A DNA stretch of 20,000 bases, taken from IMG/VR virus record IMGVR_UViG_3300037515_000764; one strand, 5' to 3'. The notes beneath the pieces were generated by a model. The model saw nothing but the letters and a program-made list of their open reading frames with translations, searched no databases and was not told the origin of the DNA. Below are positions 15,853-20,000 of the stretch, one piece after another (position 1 is the first letter of the stretch; each line of letters begins with the position of its first letter). Source of the DNA: an uncultured virus (IMG/VR IMGVR_UViG_3300037515_000764) (lineage: Duplodnaviria > Heunggongvirae > Uroviricota > Caudoviricetes). Made by a program: the position numbers and the translations under genes.

Positions 15853-17481
15853 TTATTCTTCTTGCAAAGCCGTATCTTCATTATTTAAACGCATTGCGGC
15901 TTCGGATGGTCTATCTAATCTAATATTAATATCTTCCTCTTCCTCCTCTAGTTCCTCACTATATTCCTTTAAAAGTTTTTCAATTAAGAAAATAGCCGCT
16001 CTATATTTAATTCGTATTTCAGTTCTCGAATTAACAAAACCATTAAAAGCTTCAGCTAATTTCTCTTCTAAAATCGCAGTCATTTCTTCTGAATCGTTTT
16101 TGCTAAAAGAAAGTGGCTTTATAGAACCAAAATCAAATAAGGTTCTGAATGGTTCTTCATCAACAAATAATAAAGCCTCAATTGGCGTGCCATCTTCTAA
16201 CCGTCCATCAGAAAGTTCATCTTCAATAAAATCAGATTTTGAGAGTTCATCTTCCTCATACATTTGCATACGTGCTGTTCGTTTTGAAATTGAGCCGGAC
16301 TGAATATCTCTAGCTCTTTGCACAGAACGCCTTTCAGAGATTTCAGCACTTGCTCTATCACTTGCACCGTCTTCGATATTAAACTTAAGCGAGTAGTCTT
16401 TCGGCAAAAATTTGTCTGAAATTTGGCTTTCTAAAGATTCAATTATTAGACCGAAAGAACGTTGGCGCGAATTAAAGTGATTCAATAAGGCATCTGCCTT
16501 GGTAGAACCAGAACTTGTTAGGGCAATATTTAGTTCGCTTTTTGCGTCAAGGCCAAAGGCCAATGCAACTAAATAAATTGTTAGATTGTATAATTCAGTC
16601 GTATCGAAGTTTTCAAAACCAGTAGACATTTTTATTAAGTCTAATTTAGCACCAGAATTGCCACCCCCAATAACAAGAGTTTTAGAAAGAGTTCCAACAT
16701 CCTTAGTAAAATCAGCGATTGCAATTGCATCTAAAATCTCCTGCGTCGTTATACTAGAGCCAAATAGAATTTGTTTAGGTGGTTTAACACCCAAAGTTTC
16801 CATTTGATAATTAACGATGCCTTGAAGAACTCGAATAACATCTAAAGCTCTAGAAACAGAGCAAAAACCAGTTCCGAACTTATGGAAATCTGATTGAGGA
16901 AAATCAACAAAGCTAATTAAACGACTTTTATGAACTCTATAGTTTTTTCCAGTAATTGGACTTTGATAGATGACAGGAAAATTGTCGTTATTAGTTCTAA
17001 AACAGTATAAAGAATCTAAATGCAATAAACCAAACGGTTGACCGACCAAAGGTTTATCGGCTGAAAACGGTTTACCCATTACGAGTAAAAACCCGCCGTT
17101 ATCAGTTGTCAATGTATCTAATAAGAATTTAGAAAGTTCTGGCTTAAATGGTTTTGTACCACTGTTTGTTAATAGCTTAATACGAAAATTTTTTGCATTT
17201 TCTATTTGTGTTAGAACGTTTCTTTTTTCTGGTAAAACTCTAATATCCATCGACATAATTTTACTAATTAATGTAAAAGCAACAGTCGCTAAAATATCAG
17301 ATTTTCTTAGACATTCTCTTAGATAGGTGTCTCTTGCTTTTGAAAAATATGCGGGAACTTCCGAATTCTTAGTTCCAAACATTGTTGCAAAATTGTTATA
17401 AGCTCGAAAAGACATAGCCTGATAAGCGGGGTCTTCCGACATGGGAAAAGGTGTAATTTTATTTAAATCTGAATTTGTCAT
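15853..17481 (-). CDS. Portal protein
   Basis: 542 aa directly after terL; SD AAAGGAGGT; portal-like helical motifs (FLLDTLTTDNGGFL, VALAFGL) and an acidic tail. Confidence 0.85.
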   Translation of the reverse strand: MTNSDLNKITPFPMSEDPAYQAMSFRAYNNFATMFGTKNSEVPAYFSKARDTYLRECLRKSDILATVAFTLISKIMSMDIRVLPEKRNVLTQIENAKNFRIKLLTNSGTKPFKPELSKFLLDTLTTDNGGFLLVMGKPFSADKPLVGQPFGLLHLDSLYCFRTNNDNFPVIYQSPITGKNYRVHKSRLISFVDFPQSDFHKFGTGFCSVSRALDVIRVLQGIVNYQMETLGVKPPKQILFGSSITTQEILDAIAIADFTKDVGTLSKTLVIGGGNSGAKLDLIKMSTGFENFDTTELYNLTIYLVALAFGLDAKSELNIALTSSGSTKADALLNHFNSRQRSFGLIIESLESQISDKFLPKDYSLKFNIEDGASDRASAEISERRSVQRARDIQSGSISKRTARMQMYEEDELSKSDFIEDELSDGRLEDGTPIEALLFVDEEPFRTLFDFGSIKPLSFSKNDSEEMTAILEEKLAEAFNGFVNSRTEIRIKYRAAIFLIEKLLKEYSEELEEEEEDINIRLDRPSEAAMRLNNEDTALQEE

Positions 17482-17493
17482 TGCACCTCCTTT

Positions 17494-18753
17494 CTAAAAG
17501 TTTGTTAAATAGTCTGCTAAGTTTACTGAAGATAGTCCCATAAATTTATCAATAGCTTCAACATAATAGCGCAATGTATTCATAGAGTGGTCATCATCGG
17601 GCGAAGGAATTTCAACTGTTTTTCTATTTTTCTTAACTTTAATCCAAACAAAGCTTCCAAATTCTTCAAAAATAGATGTTGGTTTATGCTTTTTGCGAAG
17701 TTCTTTATCGACATATTGCTGACAATTTTCAAAGAAGAATATTTCGTCTCTTTCAAAACGCGCATTAACTTTTTCAATTCCGCCGTCTATATCTTTTTTG
17801 GCTAGAATAGTCGGATAGCCGTTTTGTGCCAAATGCGCTCTTACTTGAGCATCATGGTCACAAATAAATTCGCGTATCGGATAATCTTCGCAAATATCAT
17901 CTAAGACTTCTACTAGACCATCGGGCGATAATTGACTTTGATAATGTTCTTTAATTAGATAAGCTATATCTTCTTCGTTTTTTCCCCAAAGATGTACAAC
18001 TGTAGGAGCCTTGTAACCAATATCTATAACAACGCGGTATTCCCACCCCTTTTGCTGTTCGCGGGGAATTGGTTCGACAACATGTTTAGCAAAATCGAAT
18101 GGATGAACGGAACCAGTATCAGAAACCCACATACCGTCATATAAACGTTGCTTTTTAGTACCCGAAAGACTTTTTAGGTCGTTTAAGTAGCTTTCCGGCA
18201 AAAACGTATTAACGTCAGGCAAAGGCTTATAAAGTTTGCCGATTTGTTTAAGAATTGTTTCTTGATAAATCCAATGTGAAGAAGAGCGAGGGTTGCAATT
18301 TAATATTATTTGTCTAAAATCTGCTGCTGTACCGCGCATACCCGCTTTGATATGTTCATATTGAGAAAAGTCAAATTCCGTCGCTTCTTCCATTAAAGCC
18401 AAATCAATAGAAAGAGAATATAATTTTTCGTAGGAAGCAGGGTCATTAAAACCTGAATAAAATAAACGAGAACCATTTGTATATTTAAAAGCGGATTCAA
18501 ATTTGTTATGTTTTACAAAAGGATTATCAAAACCAACAAATTCTTCTAAAACCGGTAAATTTGAATTCAGCAGAGAACTTCTTGTTTTACGAACTAATAC
18601 GCAAAAGGCATTAGGATTCTTAAGACAGAACAAATGTAATTTTAAAAGACCCGCCCAAGATTTTCCAGTACCCTTACCGGAAGCAGCTATAATTACTGGA
18701 CTTTTATTAGATATATAATCTTTCTGCCACTCTAGGAGTTCAATCTCTTTCAT
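17494..18753 (-). CDS. terL: Terminase large subunit, PBSX/SPP1-like
   Basis: Walker A SGKGTGKS, Walker B LALMEEA, motif III LNCNP, RNase H motifs VIDIG, ICD and DHSMNTLRY. Start moved from 18786 to ATG 18753 because of SD AAAGGAG. Confidence 0.92.
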   Translation of the reverse strand: MKEIELLEWQKDYISNKSPVIIAASGKGTGKSWAGLLKLHLFCLKNPNAFCVLVRKTRSSLLNSNLPVLEEFVGFDNPFVKHNKFESAFKYTNGSRLFYSGFNDPASYEKLYSLSIDLALMEEATEFDFSQYEHIKAGMRGTAADFRQIILNCNPRSSSHWIYQETILKQIGKLYKPLPDVNTFLPESYLNDLKSLSGTKKQRLYDGMWVSDTGSVHPFDFAKHVVEPIPREQQKGWEYRVVIDIGYKAPTVVHLWGKNEEDIAYLIKEHYQSQLSPDGLVEVLDDICEDYPIREFICDHDAQVRAHLAQNGYPTILAKKDIDGGIEKVNARFERDEIFFFENCQQYVDKELRKKHKPTSIFEEFGSFVWIKVKKNRKTVEIPSPDDDHSMNTLRYYVEAIDKFMGLSSVNLADYLTNF

Positions 18754-18769
18754 TATTCTCCTTTCAGGC

Positions 18770-18797
18770 AACAAAAAAGCTACCAATTAAGGTAGCT
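18770..18797 (-). terminator. Intrinsic terminator upstream of terL
   Basis: Minus strand AGCTACC-TTAATT-GGTAGCT followed by TTTTTGTT. Confidence 0.7.
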
Positions 18798-18837
18798 AAT
18801 AATTTAACGACAACATCGTTTCTTTTTAGGTTTTCGT

Positions 18838-19062
18838 CTAATTGCCAAGTTGTTTTGTCATTTCTTCTATTTGTATTTCAGTAATCTGTTTCATAACTTG
18901 GATGAAACTTTCGACTTCTTTTTTATCTTCTAAGCGAGAAAAATTGGTTTTCTGTTCTTCTTGTTCTAAAATATTCATTTCGTCGTCATAAAAGGTGGCT
19001 ATTACGTACCAATAACCATCTTTAAAGACGGCACTAAAATCCATCTTAGTTGCGTTATCCAT
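18838..19062 (-). CDS. Small acidic hypothetical protein
   Basis: 74 aa, SD GGAGG, overlaps the upstream stop. Confidence 0.75.
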   Translation of the reverse strand: MDNATKMDFSAVFKDGYWYVIATFYDDEMNILEQEEQKTNFSRLEDKKEVESFIQVMKQITEIQIEEMTKQLGN

Positions 19063-19537
19063 TGTTAATAGCCTCCGTATAATTTATTGGCAAATATGGA
19101 TTATCATCAGCAGTAAAATCTGTTATAGAAATATCTTCGTTGATAATAACAGAAATTTCAACATCTTTTTCGCCGAGAGCAGATAAGTCTGTAAGATTAA
19201 ATGTGTCTAAGTCGGAAAATATATAATCATAACGAATTGCTGAAGGTATACTATAACCGGTTTGCATTTTAATAACCGAACCATTTGCAAATACAAATTG
19301 GCTTGTACTCTTGTAGAAACTGTTTTCTAAAGTTATTAAAAATCTTATTATATTGAAGTGATAATTGGAATGTAGATTTCTAACCAAAACGAGAACTCTT
19401 GAATTTTTATTTTCTTCGGCAAATTTAACAGCCTTCATTAAACCTGCGACAGTTTTACCAGAAGATACGTCACCAGCAATAAGATTTACTCTTTTTGTCT
19501 GATTTAGAAATTCCTGTTGCTTTTTAGTCGGTATCAA
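19055..19537 (-). CDS. Stand-alone degenerate terminase large subunit ATPase domain
   Basis: Likely TTG start at 19537 with SD AAGGAG (19549-19544), 160 aa. PTKKQQEFL, Walker A GDVSSGKT, VLVLVR, FANGSVI, YDYIFSDL and terminal DNPYLP..Y are collinear with the terL N-terminal half. Confidence 0.75.
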   Translation of the reverse strand: MIPTKKQQEFLNQTKRVNLIAGDVSSGKTVAGLMKAVKFAEENKNSRVLVLVRNLHSNYHFNIIRFLITLENSFYKSTSQFVFANGSVIKMQTGYSIPSAIRYDYIFSDLDTFNLTDLSALGEKDVEISVIINEDISITDFTADDNPYLPINYTEAINNG

Positions 19538-20000
19538 TGATTTCTCCTTCAACAGTATTGCCATCATCCAACCAAAGATTTTCAACGTCTAGGTTTTTGA
19601 AGGCCAATGTAATATCAAGTTTTCTTTGTTCGGTAACTGTTTTGAAATCCCCGACCTCATGCCCTATTTGCTTTAATGTATCCATATAAACTTTAGAATT
19701 TACTAGACGACCATTTCTGTCTGTTGATAAATGCAAACCTTTATTTTCTATTTCATCTACGTAGCGCATTAGTTTAGCAGCGCGTTTTTCTTTTTCCCAC
19801 AAATCACCGTCTTCAATCTCAATTTCTTTTTCAGTGATTTTCTTTTTTATTTCATCAGAGTATTTTTTTCTGTAGTAGTTAACTAGAGAACGTTCAACTT
19901 GAAAGCCCTGTTTATCGCAAATTTCAACACACTCAGTATTTGAATAACCAGAGACTAAAAGTTCAATTAGATACTCTTTTTCAAAGTCCTCTAATTTCAT
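19524..20000 (-). CDS. Putative terminase small subunit (DUF2280-like)
   Basis: N-terminal HTH-like segment (GYSNTECVEIC...VERSLVNYYRK) and LKQIGHEVGD resembling DUF2280; lies upstream of terL. The ATG is at the window edge, so the start is unverified. Confidence 0.65.
   Translation of the reverse strand: MKLEDFEKEYLIELLVSGYSNTECVEICDKQGFQVERSLVNYYRKKYSDEIKKKITEKEIEIEDGDLWEKEKRAAKLMRYVDEIENKGLHLSTDRNGRLVNSKVYMDTLKQIGHEVGDFKTVTEQRKLDITLAFKNLDVENLWLDDGNTVEGEIIDTD

Noticed and set aside
18754..18786. ORF-track N-terminal extension of terL (MVAFLLPERRI)
   Set aside because: It overlaps the terminator and SD; ATG 18753 has a well-spaced AAAGGAG.
1..20000. CRISPR array, DGR, tRNA, integrase, intron/intein or stop-codon reassignment
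   Set aside because: No direct-repeat array, reverse transcriptase, cloverleaf or interrupted core gene was seen by eye; TAA, TAG and TGA all end genes and coding density is complete under code 11.

Overview
The whole window is one tailed-phage (probably siphovirus) virion-morphogenesis operon, with every real gene on the minus strand, tightly packed and with strong Shine-Dalgarno sites. Transcription order from 20000 to 1: terminase small subunit, a truncated terminase-ATPase paralogue, a small acidic ORF, an intrinsic terminator, PBSX/SPP1-like large terminase and portal. Next comes a ~4.6 kb accessory block (C1q-like protein, SH3-like plus clan GH-A glycoside hydrolase, small jelly-roll protein, GC-rich LamG-like cassette, secreted protein, holin-like protein). 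The operon continues with an HK97-type prohead protease, scaffold, Cys-rich major capsid protein, HhH protein, DUF1360-like protein, Cys-rich head-tail protein, tail tube with a beta-propeller, a tail-chaperone pair, an HK97 gp10-like protein and a TP901-family tape measure that runs off the window and is missing from the ORF track. The most notable observations are: (1) a stand-alone, apparently catalytically dead TerL ATPase domain, coupled to terS and separated from the true terL by a terminator; (2) a complete-looking -1 frameshift signal that would fuse the SH3-like and glycoside hydrolase ORFs; (3) an unusually cysteine-rich virion module with an embedded membrane CxxC protein. All family assignments come from motif recognition by eye and gene context, not database searches.
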